Virus record (IMG/VR): IMGVR_UViG_2541047895_000009
Location: 1 to 15,546 of that record
Strand: one strand, 5' to 3'
DNA length: 15,546 nt
From: a virus
Taxonomy: Duplodnaviria; Heunggongvirae; Uroviricota; Caudoviricetes
The position numbers were made by a program, and so were the translations under genes. A model generated the notes under the pieces. That model did no database searches, was not told the DNA's origin, and saw nothing but the letters and a program-made list of their open reading frames with translations. Position 1 is the stretch's first letter. Every line of letters starts with the position of its first letter. Of this stretch, positions 1 to 8,302 are shown one piece after another.

Positions 1-662
<662 letters not shown>

Positions 663-922
663 ATCCACGCCAGCGTGAAGCTGGTATCTCCGGCAGATTT
701 CTGCCCCTGCCCGGTCGCAGTCCAGTCCGCATCTTCATCATCGAGATAGCTGTCGTCATAGGACTCAGCGCTCAGTTCGCCGGGCGTCAGGTCTTTAACT
801 TTAGCCAGACGCGACCAGTCAACGTCTGAAAGCGGGTTCGCATAAGGGTCACCGTTCCCCTTATAAACCCACAGGGTGGTCCCGGCCCCTTTCACCGGCA
901 TTACTGGATTTGGTACAGGCAT
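663..922 (-). pseudogene. V: major tail protein V, N-terminal 86 codons only, truncated by the IS insertion
   Basis: Translation [22 protein letters not shown]...DTSFTLAW matches the lambda gpV N-terminus, then reads into IS-derived sequence ([11 protein letters not shown], stop). ATG at 920-922 lies 7 nt after the U stop. Confidence 0.85.
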
Positions 923-929
923 ATCGTCC

Positions 930-1325
930 TCACATTTCATAGGTAATGACATAAGTCAGATCGGCTGAACTCCACAGGCCCGCATCATCGTCGCGCCGGT
1001 AGTCATAGCCACTGGCCACCATACTGGTGATCAAATCTGACAGTGCCGGGACATCGCTCATCACCGGATAAATCCGGGACTCCATCCACGAATCCAGCTC
1101 TGAATCCGGCACCTGAGCAGGCAGGAAAACTTCAATATGCAGCTCCGCCTGCCAGGTATCGCTGTCCAGCTCTTCGCCCGTGTATTCAGCGCCGGTGAGA
1201 TAAACGGCAACTGCCGGAAAATCCGCCTCATCAAAAACAGCGGGGCGACCATCAAAAAGCGTCGCCCCGGTGTCATGCTTCTCCAGTGCATCCAGTACGG
1301 CTGCACGGAGTTCTGTATGTTTCAT
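930..1325 (-). CDS. U: tail terminator protein U
   Basis: 131 aa, near-identical to lambda gpU as recalled ([22 protein letters not shown]...LTYVITYEM). ATGA overlap with the Z stop. Confidence 0.93.
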   Translation of the reverse strand: MKHTELRAAVLDALEKHDTGATLFDGRPAVFDEADFPAVAVYLTGAEYTGEELDSDTWQAELHIEVFLPAQVPDSELDSWMESRIYPVMSDVPALSDLITSMVASGYDYRRDDDAGLWSSADLTYVITYEM

Positions 1326-1900
1326 CGCTTTATTACCATCCTCAGTTGATGCTGCAGCGCATAGCCCAGCTCTTTCGGAAGACGTTCACGCCGTATCCGC
1401 TCAATATTCTGTTTAAACGCCGTGGTCAGCGGCACTGCCATCGGGATTTTCACCACATCAATGGGGTAACGGTTTTTCCCGGCCACACGCTGCATGACAT
1501 GCCACCGGCCATTTTTCAGTTGCTGAATAAACGCGCCGGGAATACGACGGTTTCCCACCACAAGCACGCTGTCGCCACCTTTCAGGGATGAACGCTGCCC
1601 CTTTTTACGACGCCTGCGTCGGGACAGGACAACCCGCGCGTTACCCAGCCTGATTACGGGCAAATCCCCCCGGTTAACCTTGATTCTGGCCTGCGGATTT
1701 TTGACCGTGGCCCTTTTCAGCCTGGCCCTTTCCTTTACCAGTTTCCGGCGTACCTTTGTCTCACGGGCAACCTGTGACGCCGACTGCGATATCGCGGATG
1801 AAGCAACGCGGTTAATGGCCATTGCTGACGCACCAGGCACCGCCGTTCTGCTGATACGGCTGAGGTTTTCAACGGCCTGCTCAAGACCTTTTATGGCCAT
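1322..1900 (-). CDS. Z: tail completion protein Z
   Basis: 192 aa, matches lambda gpZ length and sequence (MAIKGLEQAVENLSRISRTAVPGA...). AGGAGGAGG ribosome-binding site upstream of the ATG at 1898-1900. Confidence 0.93.
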   Translation of the reverse strand: MAIKGLEQAVENLSRISRTAVPGASAMAINRVASSAISQSASQVARETKVRRKLVKERARLKRATVKNPQARIKVNRGDLPVIRLGNARVVLSRRRRRKKGQRSSLKGGDSVLVVGNRRIPGAFIQQLKNGRWHVMQRVAGKNRYPIDVVKIPMAVPLTTAFKQNIERIRRERLPKELGYALQHQLRMVIKR

Positions 1901-1911
1901 ACCTCCTCCTT

Positions 1912-2265
1912 TCAGCGACGACGGTTAACGGCAGGCGGCACGCCACGCCCAAGCCAGAGATGACAGCTTCCGCCATCATCCGGTGAAATCCGGTCTATCC
2001 AGAAGTTTTCCTCACCGATGGTCAGCGTGTCGCCGCGCCGCAGCTGCCGCACATCATCAGTCCGGACAAACAGGGACGGGCAGGAGCCTTCAACACGTAC
2101 GCCCTGTCCGGCATAGCTGATATTTTCAGGGTCATCAAAAACACCACGTATTACTGCGCCGGACTGCTCACCGGATGTCATGGTGGCTGACGTTCCCATG
2201 TACCCGCGTATCGTTTCATCGGCGCGGGCAATGGCAGCATCGAACAGGTTATCGAAATCAGCCAC
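1912..2265 (-). CDS. FII: head-tail joining protein FII
   Basis: 117 aa, MADFDNLFDAAIARADETIRGYMG..., GTG start preceded by GGGAGG. Matches lambda gpFII. Confidence 0.92.
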   Translation of the reverse strand: MADFDNLFDAAIARADETIRGYMGTSATMTSGEQSGAVIRGVFDDPENISYAGQGVRVEGSCPSLFVRTDDVRQLRRGDTLTIGEENFWIDRISPDDGGSCHLWLGRGVPPAVNRRR

Positions 2266-2276
2266 AGCGCCTCCCG

Positions 2277-2675
2277 TTATTGCATTCTGGCCAGGCCACG
2301 TTCTGTCATTTCGGCTGCCACACCGGCAGAGACACGAAATGCCGTTCCCGGCAGCACAAATGCCACAGGTTCATCCCGCGTGGCGTGAAGTGCATCAGTA
2401 TGCAGCGTCACCAGTGCCACGACCGTGGCCAGTTCAGCCGTATCCTGAATCACGGTGTCCGGCTGCGCTGATACCACCTCATTTTCATGCCCGGTCAGCA
2501 CATTTTCCGGGCCGGGAGGGGTATCCTGACCCGCAGCGTCATCCGTGTCATCAAGCTCCTCTTCCAGCTCTGCCACACGGAGCGCCAGTTCTTCTTTCGT
2601 CCCCGTCAGGCTGACATCACGGTTCAGTTGTTCACCCAGGGAGCGGAGACGGGCAATCAGTTCATCTTTCGTCAT
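2277..2675 (-). CDS. FI: DNA-packaging/head assembly protein FI
   Basis: 132 aa from MTKDELIARLRSLGEQLNRD... to ...ERGLARMQ. GGAGGAG ribosome-binding site before the ATG at 2673-2675. The longer 145-aa ORF in the track is an upstream extension. Confidence 0.92.
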   Translation of the reverse strand: MTKDELIARLRSLGEQLNRDVSLTGTKEELALRVAELEEELDDTDDAAGQDTPPGPENVLTGHENEVVSAQPDTVIQDTAELATVVALVTLHTDALHATRDEPVAFVLPGTAFRVSAGVAAEMTERGLARMQ

Positions 2676-2716
2676 GGACTCCTCCACAGAGAAACAATGG
2701 CCCCGAAGGGCCATGA

Positions 2717-3508
2717 TTACGCCAGTTGTACGGACACGAACTCATCAGGGTCAGCCAGCAGCATCAGCGGTGCTGACTGAATCATGGTGAACTCACGCGC
2801 CGGATCGCCGGTGGTCACCCAGTTTTTCGGGTAGCGGGCAGAGGCGTTAATGCCTTCGCGCTGTGCGTCCGCATCCTGAATGCAGCCATAGGTGCGCAGA
2901 CCGCGTGCCTGAGTGTTCCCCAGTACCATCGTGTTGTCCGGCAGGAAGTTCTTTTTGACGCCGTTTTCCACGTACTGTCCGGAATACACGACGATGGCCA
3001 CATCGCCATACATCCCCTTATAGGACACCGCTTTACCCAGGTCTTTTACCGCTGTCTCCAGCTCGGAATTAGAGCCGCGACGGGTATCCAGCTTCTCCCT
3101 GACAGCTTTGAAGGAACGGAACAGCGCCCAGCCTTTCGGATCAAACACGATGATATTCACCACACCGCTGGCATTCAGCGCGTAGGCTTCAATATCGTCG
3201 GTCGGGTCATACGTGGACTTGTCACGCTTGCTCCACTCCGTGCCGCCGGACTGTGTGATGTTGTTCGCCGCACTGCGGCCCATATCCACCTCAACCGGAT
3301 CGAAGGCTTCACCGGTCATGGTGTATTTGCCCCTGAGCACGGCAGAAACGGCCTGCATCTCTTCGACCTGAGCAATGGCCAGCTCTTCGTCTCGCATGTT
3401 CTGCAGGATGATGCGACGGCGGCGGTAAGCCGGGTCCGCCAGATTCTGTGGATCTTCATCCGGCAGGCGACGCAGAGTCATCTGCGGATTCACCTCATGC
3501 TTGGGTTA
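2717..3508 (-). pseudogene. E: major capsid protein E, C-terminal fragment (codons ~83-341), separated from its 5' part by the inserted element
   Basis: Translation (PKH)EVNPQMTLRRLPDEDPQ...DEFVSVQLA matches the lambda gpE C-terminal 259 residues. An in-frame TAA lies immediately upstream of the homology and there is no promoter-proximal start. Confidence 0.9.
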
Positions 3509-3512
3509 CATG
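3494..3512. other. left junction of inserted element (attL-like): ctcaTGCTTgggttacatg
   Basis: Lambda E homology runs to about 3502, then diverges. The sequence is an imperfect direct repeat of 14911-14930 (aagTGCTTcggcttgacata), sharing the TGCTT core. Confidence 0.6.
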
Positions 3513-3583
3513 AGTCAAATATGAAAGGATGTGAATGATTTTTAGTGATAATATGCTTCAGAATTACTTCCAAAACGAACCGT

Positions 3584-3604
3584 TGCAATACATCATGCAA
3601 TACA
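3584..3604 (+). repeat. tandem direct repeats TGCAATACA (2 copies), candidate arm-type integrase-binding sites on the attL side
   Basis: TGCAATACA at 3584-3592 and 3596-3604. The same motif recurs in the same orientation at 14766-14802 beside int. Confidence 0.4.
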
Positions 3605-3626
3605 CAGGATATGTAAGGAGTTATTA

Positions 3627-3812
3627 ATGACTAATTCAGTTGATGTTCAAACCCGTAGAGAAGAATTTGAGCAAGGATATCGAGATGGCTTTCGTTCGGT
3701 TCAGGGCAATGTTTTACCCCCAAAAGCTCCAAGAATTGTACTTGAAACGGGTTCAAAACCTTACGATCAAGGCCATGCTTACGGGGTCAGAGATGCTGGA
3801 GGCAAGCGGTAG
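3627..3812 (+). CDS. small hypothetical protein (61 aa), first gene of the AT-rich cargo operon
   Basis: ATG at 3627 preceded by AAGGAG at 6-nt spacing. The overlapping alternative ORF 3640-3834 has no ribosome-binding site. No recognisable domain. Confidence 0.4.
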   Translation: MTNSVDVQTRREEFEQGYRDGFRSVQGNVLPPKAPRIVLETGSKPYDQGHAYGVRDAGGKR

Positions 3813-3856
3813 CTATCACTGGTATAGTCCATAGAAAAAGTGTAAGGGGTCCTAAA

Positions 3857-4618
3857 ATGGATAATTTTCTCAATGAGTTTTCGTCGGATCAGGAACGAGC
3901 TAGACATTTAGAGAACTTATTAATTAAGGTTGCTCGAGGAGGACCTCGAGATAATAGTGAAAATTATATTTCTCTTAGATCGTACTTTATACAAAACTCT
4001 GTATTAAAACTGTTGCTTCCTGCATTCGTAAGAGAAAACAGAAGCCTAAAAAAATTTTGGGGATTCATACAGCAGAAGTTCCCAACATATAAAGAGCGCG
4101 AGTACTTCATCTCAACTGAATTCACACCGTTATTCGATTATTTCGAAGAGAATCATGCTACGCCTTCGGATGTTCACATAACTGACGGATTAAGAAGCTA
4201 TGATGAGTGTGGCGTGAATGAAGCTTGGGCAAAAGCTCTAGACAGAAGAAACAACGATCCTGAAGGGGCTATTACAGCATCTAGAACATTGCTTGAGACG
4301 GTTTGTAAACACATTCTTGATGATTTAAGTATTACTTATGATAGAAATCTAGACATGAGTGAACTTTATAAACTAACATCCAAAGCACTTAATTTGGCTC
4401 CAGATCAGCACGGAGAACAGATTTTTAAGCAGATACTTAAAGGTTGCTCATCTGTGGTAAATGGCCTTGGCAATTTACGTAATAAATATGGCGATGCTCA
4501 TGGCATAGGGAAAAAACCAATAAAACCTGCTGATCGACATGCTCTTTTAGCTGTTAATCTTGCAGGAAGCATGTCAGTTTTCCTCATTCAAACATGGCAA
4601 AACTTGTCAAACAAATAA
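3857..4618 (+). CDS. Abi_C-domain (abortive-infection C-terminal, HEPN-like) protein, 253 aa
   Basis: C-terminal motif block ...TASRTLLETVCKHILDDL...GCSSVVNGLGNLRNKYGDAHG...ADRHALLAVNLAGSMSVFL matches the Abi_C pattern, including an R-x6-H motif (RNKYGDAH). AAGGGG ribosome-binding site 7 nt before the ATG. Strongly AT-rich relative to flanking phage DNA. Confidence 0.75.
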   Translation: MDNFLNEFSSDQERARHLENLLIKVARGGPRDNSENYISLRSYFIQNSVLKLLLPAFVRENRSLKKFWGFIQQKFPTYKEREYFISTEFTPLFDYFEENHATPSDVHITDGLRSYDECGVNEAWAKALDRRNNDPEGAITASRTLLETVCKHILDDLSITYDRNLDMSELYKLTSKALNLAPDQHGEQIFKQILKGCSSVVNGLGNLRNKYGDAHGIGKKPIKPADRHALLAVNLAGSMSVFLIQTWQNLSNK

Positions 4619-4671
4619 TACCTAATTTTTAACCTCAACTGATTAAATTTCGGTCAAACATCCGTTAGTGA

Positions 4672-4712
4672 AATACAAGTTGCTATGTAAATACACACCT
4701 GCAACTTGTATT
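4672..4712. promoter_or_regulatory. perfect 12-bp inverted repeat aatacaagttgc-N17-gcaacttgtatt, about 54 nt downstream of the Abi_C gene
   Basis: Read directly from the sequence. No U-run follows on either strand, so it is not a canonical intrinsic terminator; an operator or RNA structure is possible. Confidence 0.45.
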
Positions 4713-5572
4713 ACCAACCAAGTTTAGCTCCCGATATTACTCATTTCCATTATTTTTCCTTGGCTAGCGCTTCGTCGAACATTTTTACGTGTTATCTTCA
4801 AGGTAGATGCTCGCAGAAATGATAGTACCACCGATTCGGCGTTGACCATAAGCCAGCAGAACAAGATCCCCTTGGCCGGTTGTATTCGTTACACCACCAA
4901 ATGCATAGAATGCCTTGTTATCAGTATCTTGCTTACTCGGCTACCCACAAGATTGTGGGGATAGCATTTGAGCAACGTAGCCTATCGTCACAGAAGCCCC
5001 TACTACAAACATCATATTACTGGACGCTATACGCGCTCCTGACATTCAGATAGACACAGCAACGCAAATCATTTGCAGCAGACCAGAGCTTTTACTTTCC
5101 ACAATAACTGGCACAAATACGAATTTCCCGACCCTCAGTAGAGAGCACAAGCGCATCTTTTCCAATATTCTGTTTCCTATGAAAAATACAGAATGTCAGC
5201 TCGCGAAATTTACTAGTATTCAGATACTTTTCTAATCGAACCTCTCAGTTTAATCGTCATCATTACCTTATAGCTCTGCATTTCGAGTTCCTACAGTAGA
5301 GTAAGTGTTCAGTAACCCAAGTTCAGGAGAAAGGAAACGATCATGCCATTTTCAGTCCCAAATAATGCTTTCCATTTCCTTTCTTTTCAGGTGGTGTTTT
5401 AAATAAAAACATAAAGTTACGGCGAAGAAGAACGGAAACGCCTTAAACCGGAAAATTTCCATAAATAGAGAAAAACTGCGCGCCTTCCGCCCCGTAACGC
5501 TCCGGATCACCGGAAAGGACCCGCTCAAAAAAAGCGGCCACTGACGTGATTGTTTATGTTCCATGAGCGACA

Positions 5573-5592
5573 AAACCGCCCGGAGGCGGTTT
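5573..5592 (-). terminator. putative intrinsic terminator after the I-like gene
   Basis: Stem aaaccgcc/ggcggttt with a 4-nt loop. On the minus strand the stem is followed by UUUUG, about 20 nt after the I-like stop. Confidence 0.4.
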
Positions 5593-5610
5593 CACATAAA
5601 ACATTCTGCA

Positions 5611-6258
5611 TCAGCGACCAATCACCACGATTTCACCACCATCACCTTCATCAGCTGTGCTGATCTCCTGAGATACCACACGTGACCCCACGCGCATTTC
5701 ACCGTACAGAACAGGCAGGACATTGCCCTGGGCAACCATGTTATCCAGTGACGAGAAATACGTGTTCTGCTTACCGTTATCCGTTGTCTGTGTACGGGGA
5801 GTTCTGGCTTTCGGTGCCAGCATCTGAGCCACACCGCCAAGGATCATACTGGCCCCCGCACTATACATTCCTGTAATTGCTGCCGCTCCTAGCCAACCAG
5901 CGGGGTTCCACCACGCCACCGCAATCAGCGCCGCCCCCAGCACGGTCTGAAACACACCGCCACTTTTAGCGCCAGCAAGACGCGGTACGATGTGGATCAC
6001 AGCACCATTCGCCAGCGGCTCATTAAGACGGGCTGATAATTCATTTTCGCCTGCATCCCGCCCGGCAATCCGTACCTGATACCAACCGTCGCTCAGTTTC
6101 TGACGAAACGACGGTAGCTGTGTGGACAGAGCTCGGATGGCTTCAGCCCCCGTTTTTACACGAAGGTCGATGCGGCGGCCGAATCGTTGCAAATCCCCGT
6201 AAAGGCAGATTCGTGCCATGCCCGATGACGCCAGAGGGAGTGTGTGCGTAGTTGCCAT
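5611..6258 (-). CDS. lambda gpI-like tail assembly protein (215 aa)
   Basis: N- and C-termini (MATTHTLPLASSGMARICLYGDLQRFGRRIDLRVKTGAEAIRAL... and ...KQNTYFSSLDNMVAQGNVLPVLYGEMRVGSRVVSQEISTADEGDGG) match lambda gpI as recalled, with a divergent central segment. It is not followed by a J gene but by a hairpin and ORF-free DNA. Confidence 0.8.
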   Translation of the reverse strand: MATTHTLPLASSGMARICLYGDLQRFGRRIDLRVKTGAEAIRALSTQLPSFRQKLSDGWYQVRIAGRDAGENELSARLNEPLANGAVIHIVPRLAGAKSGGVFQTVLGAALIAVAWWNPAGWLGAAAITGMYSAGASMILGGVAQMLAPKARTPRTQTTDNGKQNTYFSSLDNMVAQGNVLPVLYGEMRVGSRVVSQEISTADEGDGGEIVVIGR

Positions 6259-6298
6259 TTGTCGGTATACCTCTCTCGTTTGCTCTGTTGTTCAGAAA

Positions 6299-6682
6299 TT
6301 AGCAGATCAACTTATAGCGTCCCTTCCGAGCATTGCGGCGTACACGTTCAATCTTGAGGCATAGCGCCGCATCTGGCTTTTTTGGGACTGGTACACGGCA
6401 ATATTCAGAAGCGCGAGGAATATTATTTATCCAGTCAATCACTTCGCTTAAATACCAGGCCTTACGCCCTTCCGTAACCTGCACACGCTCCGGGAACTCT
6501 CCACGGGCCTCAAGGTTTAGCAGTGTACGACGACTCAGGGTTGTAAGTTCCATCACCTGATTCATATCAACAAGACGCTCGCTTAAACGCATTTTGTCAG
6601 CGATAGCTTTTAATTCCTCTACAGCTGGATTTGGGTACATAATTTCGGCAATTGGCTTAAGGTCATTGTAATGATTCTGCAT
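6299..6682 (-). CDS. AlpA-family (MerR/Xis-type helix-turn-helix) DNA-binding protein with an N-terminal extension, 127 aa
   Basis: Core ...MELTTLSRRTLLNLEARGEFPERVQVTEGRKAWYLSEVIDWI fits the AlpA pattern. AAGGGGGA ribosome-binding site 5 nt before the ATG at 6680-6682. Confidence 0.6.
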   Translation of the reverse strand: MQNHYNDLKPIAEIMYPNPAVEELKAIADKMRLSERLVDMNQVMELTTLSRRTLLNLEARGEFPERVQVTEGRKAWYLSEVIDWINNIPRASEYCRVPVPKKPDAALCLKIERVRRNARKGRYKLIC

Positions 6683-6693
6683 TGTATCCCCCT

Positions 6694-7035
6694 TTACACA
6701 CGAGCCAGCGGCTGAACAGAAATACCTGAGCCAACAAACGCTGCAACCTTTACTGACAGTTCTTTTACAGACTCAGGCCAGTTCAGAGCATCAACATTTA
6801 AGACACCTGTCTTATAGACCTGAGCCTGTGTTTTTTTCGCGGTGTCGATTTGTACAGCGGATACATAAACCGCTTTACCTACGCTCGTACCATCCCATAC
6901 CACCAGTGCACCTGTTGCATCTTCCTGCATCAGTGGCGTAAATGCAGGAATTACCCCTTTATTAGCTGAAAATATCCCCAGCGTAGTAACCAGTGCTTCA
7001 GTGCCAGCCATGAGTTCAGTGTAATGAGTAGCCAT
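6694..7035 (-). CDS. gpD-like head decoration protein (113 aa), divergent from prophage D
   Basis: ALVVWDGTSVGKAVYVSAV...YKTGVLNVDALNWP aligns with the lambda gpD motif [19 protein letters not shown]...[23 protein letters not shown] ribosome-binding site; translationally adjacent to the E-like gene. Confidence 0.75.
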   Translation of the reverse strand: MATHYTELMAGTEALVTTLGIFSANKGVIPAFTPLMQEDATGALVVWDGTSVGKAVYVSAVQIDTAKKTQAQVYKTGVLNVDALNWPESVKELSVKVAAFVGSGISVQPLARV

Positions 7036-7044
7036 TGCTCCCCC

Positions 7045-8085
7045 TTAGCCAATGCGAACGGTAACAAAACGATTGATGCGGGCCGGTATTGGCTGTGGTG
7101 CTGAATGTGTCTGCACATATTCAATAGCCGGATCACCAGGCACAATATAGTTTTTCGGTGCAAGTTCGGCTTTAGTCAGCCCCATTCGGATTAGCTCCGG
7201 ATCCTGAATACCGCCATAGGCGACAATCCCCTGAAGAGCCGTATTGCCAAGCACCATCAAATCAGGATCAAGGAAATGTTTTTCAGTTCCGTCCTCGTCG
7301 GTATAACGCCCGCTGTAAACAACAATCGCAACATCGCCCATATACCCTTTAAAACTCACCGAATCACCAAGGTCTTTAAGGGCCGTTTCCAGTTCGGAAT
7401 TAGAACCACGACGGGTATCCAGAGCCTCTTTTATCGCTCTGAATGAACGGTATTTCTTCCATACATTACCGCCCATAATGATGATATTAGTGACGCCCTC
7501 ACTAAATTCTGCGTAGTTCTCAATATCATCATTTGGATCAAAAGTTTCTTTATCCTTACCTGACCACTCAGCACCGCCAGACTGAGTGATGATATTTTGT
7601 GGTTTAATATTCCAGTCCAGCTCATAACGTTCAATACCATCGCCCTCAATGATATTTTTCCCCGTTGTGATTGCCTGAACGGCAAGCCATTCAATACGTG
7701 CACGAATAGCTTTAGCTTGATTTACAATCGCCTGTTTAACTTTAATATTACGCGCCCCAAAAGCATTGTATTGCTCAGGTGATACACCAGCAGGGCGCAC
7801 AGCTAACTTATTTGGATCAATGCTGCTTTTCGGCTTCATATAGCCTGGACGAATTGTTTTTGATTCGTACCCTTCGTCACGTGAAACTTTACTACCCACC
7901 ATAGGAGAACAAAACGCTGCAATTGGGATATTTGGATCGTCGATTGTATCAAGAATAATATCGCGCGATTCAAACATTACCGAGCGAGTAAAAAACAAAC
8001 GGGTAAACAACGCATTTAGTTGTTTTTGTACATCTACAGCATTAACCACCTGTACAAGCTGGGTAGGCGAATATAAATCAACCAT
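7045..8085 (-). CDS. lambda E-like major capsid protein (347 aa), divergent second copy encoded within the inserted element
   Basis: Clear homology along its length to lambda gpE (GYMKPK vs GYVKPK; ITQSGGAEWSGKDKETFDPNDDIENYA vs ITQSGGTEWSKRDKSTYDPTDDIEAYA; LDTRRGSNSELETALKDLG...GDVAIVVYSG). Start taken at the ATG at 8083-8085, 6 nt after AAAGAGG; the 404-aa track ORF is an upstream extension. AT-richer than the prophage E. Confidence 0.85.
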   Translation of the reverse strand: MVDLYSPTQLVQVVNAVDVQKQLNALFTRLFFTRSVMFESRDIILDTIDDPNIPIAAFCSPMVGSKVSRDEGYESKTIRPGYMKPKSSIDPNKLAVRPAGVSPEQYNAFGARNIKVKQAIVNQAKAIRARIEWLAVQAITTGKNIIEGDGIERYELDWNIKPQNIITQSGGAEWSGKDKETFDPNDDIENYAEFSEGVTNIIIMGGNVWKKYRSFRAIKEALDTRRGSNSELETALKDLGDSVSFKGYMGDVAIVVYSGRYTDEDGTEKHFLDPDLMVLGNTALQGIVAYGGIQDPELIRMGLTKAELAPKNYIVPGDPAIEYVQTHSAPQPIPARINRFVTVRIG

Positions 8086-8259
8086 ACGCATCCTCTTTGC
8101 ATTCATTAAAAATAATTGTGGATATATGCTATCACCGATATTTGTCATGCGAATACATGCAACCGAGTGCAATGTTGTATAAAGTTTTGGGATGACAACT
8201 TCAGCGCGGATAATTAGTGTTAATATCTTCACTCCCTTTGGTCGGGATTTATGTAGCAT

Positions 8260-8294
8260 GCCGGAAAATTTATTTTTTTCCGGCCTTTTTTATT
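8260..8294 (+). terminator. GC-stem hairpin plus T-run (gccggaaaa-N7-ttttccggc CTTTTTTATT), terminator-like on the plus strand
   Basis: Read from sequence between ssb and the E-like gene. The U-run follows the stem only on the plus strand, so it would stop antisense or convergent transcription rather than ssb read-through. Confidence 0.35.
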
Positions 8295-8302
8295 GGCAAT
8301 AT

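Noticed and set aside
2815-3009. 64-aa minus-strand ORF within the E C-terminal fragment in another frame
   Set aside because: It is an alternate frame inside the E coding sequence. Spurious.
3494-3512. tRNA gene as the integration target, as expected for a P4-type integrase
   Set aside because: The junction lies inside E coding sequence, and neither junction shows tRNA-like structure or conserved T-loop/acceptor-stem sequence.
3640-3834. Alternative 64-aa ORF overlapping the 61-aa ORF in another frame
   Set aside because: It starts at TTG/ATG with no Shine-Dalgarno, whereas the 3627 ATG has AAGGAG at ideal spacing. I cannot exclude it without expression data.
5311-5321. 9-bp match (taacccaag) to the element att arm, possibly a secondary att site
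   Set aside because: Too short and in the opposite orientation, with no flanking similarity. Most likely chance.
5352-5573. 73-aa minus-strand ORF in the ORF-poor region
   Set aside because: No ribosome-binding site, odd low-complexity composition (FFFAVTLCFYLKHH), and it spans hairpin-rich non-coding-looking sequence. Probably spurious.
7045-8259. 404-aa version of the E-like ORF
   Set aside because: The first 58 codons have no homology to capsid proteins, and the ribosome-binding site is correctly placed only for the ATG at 8083-8085.
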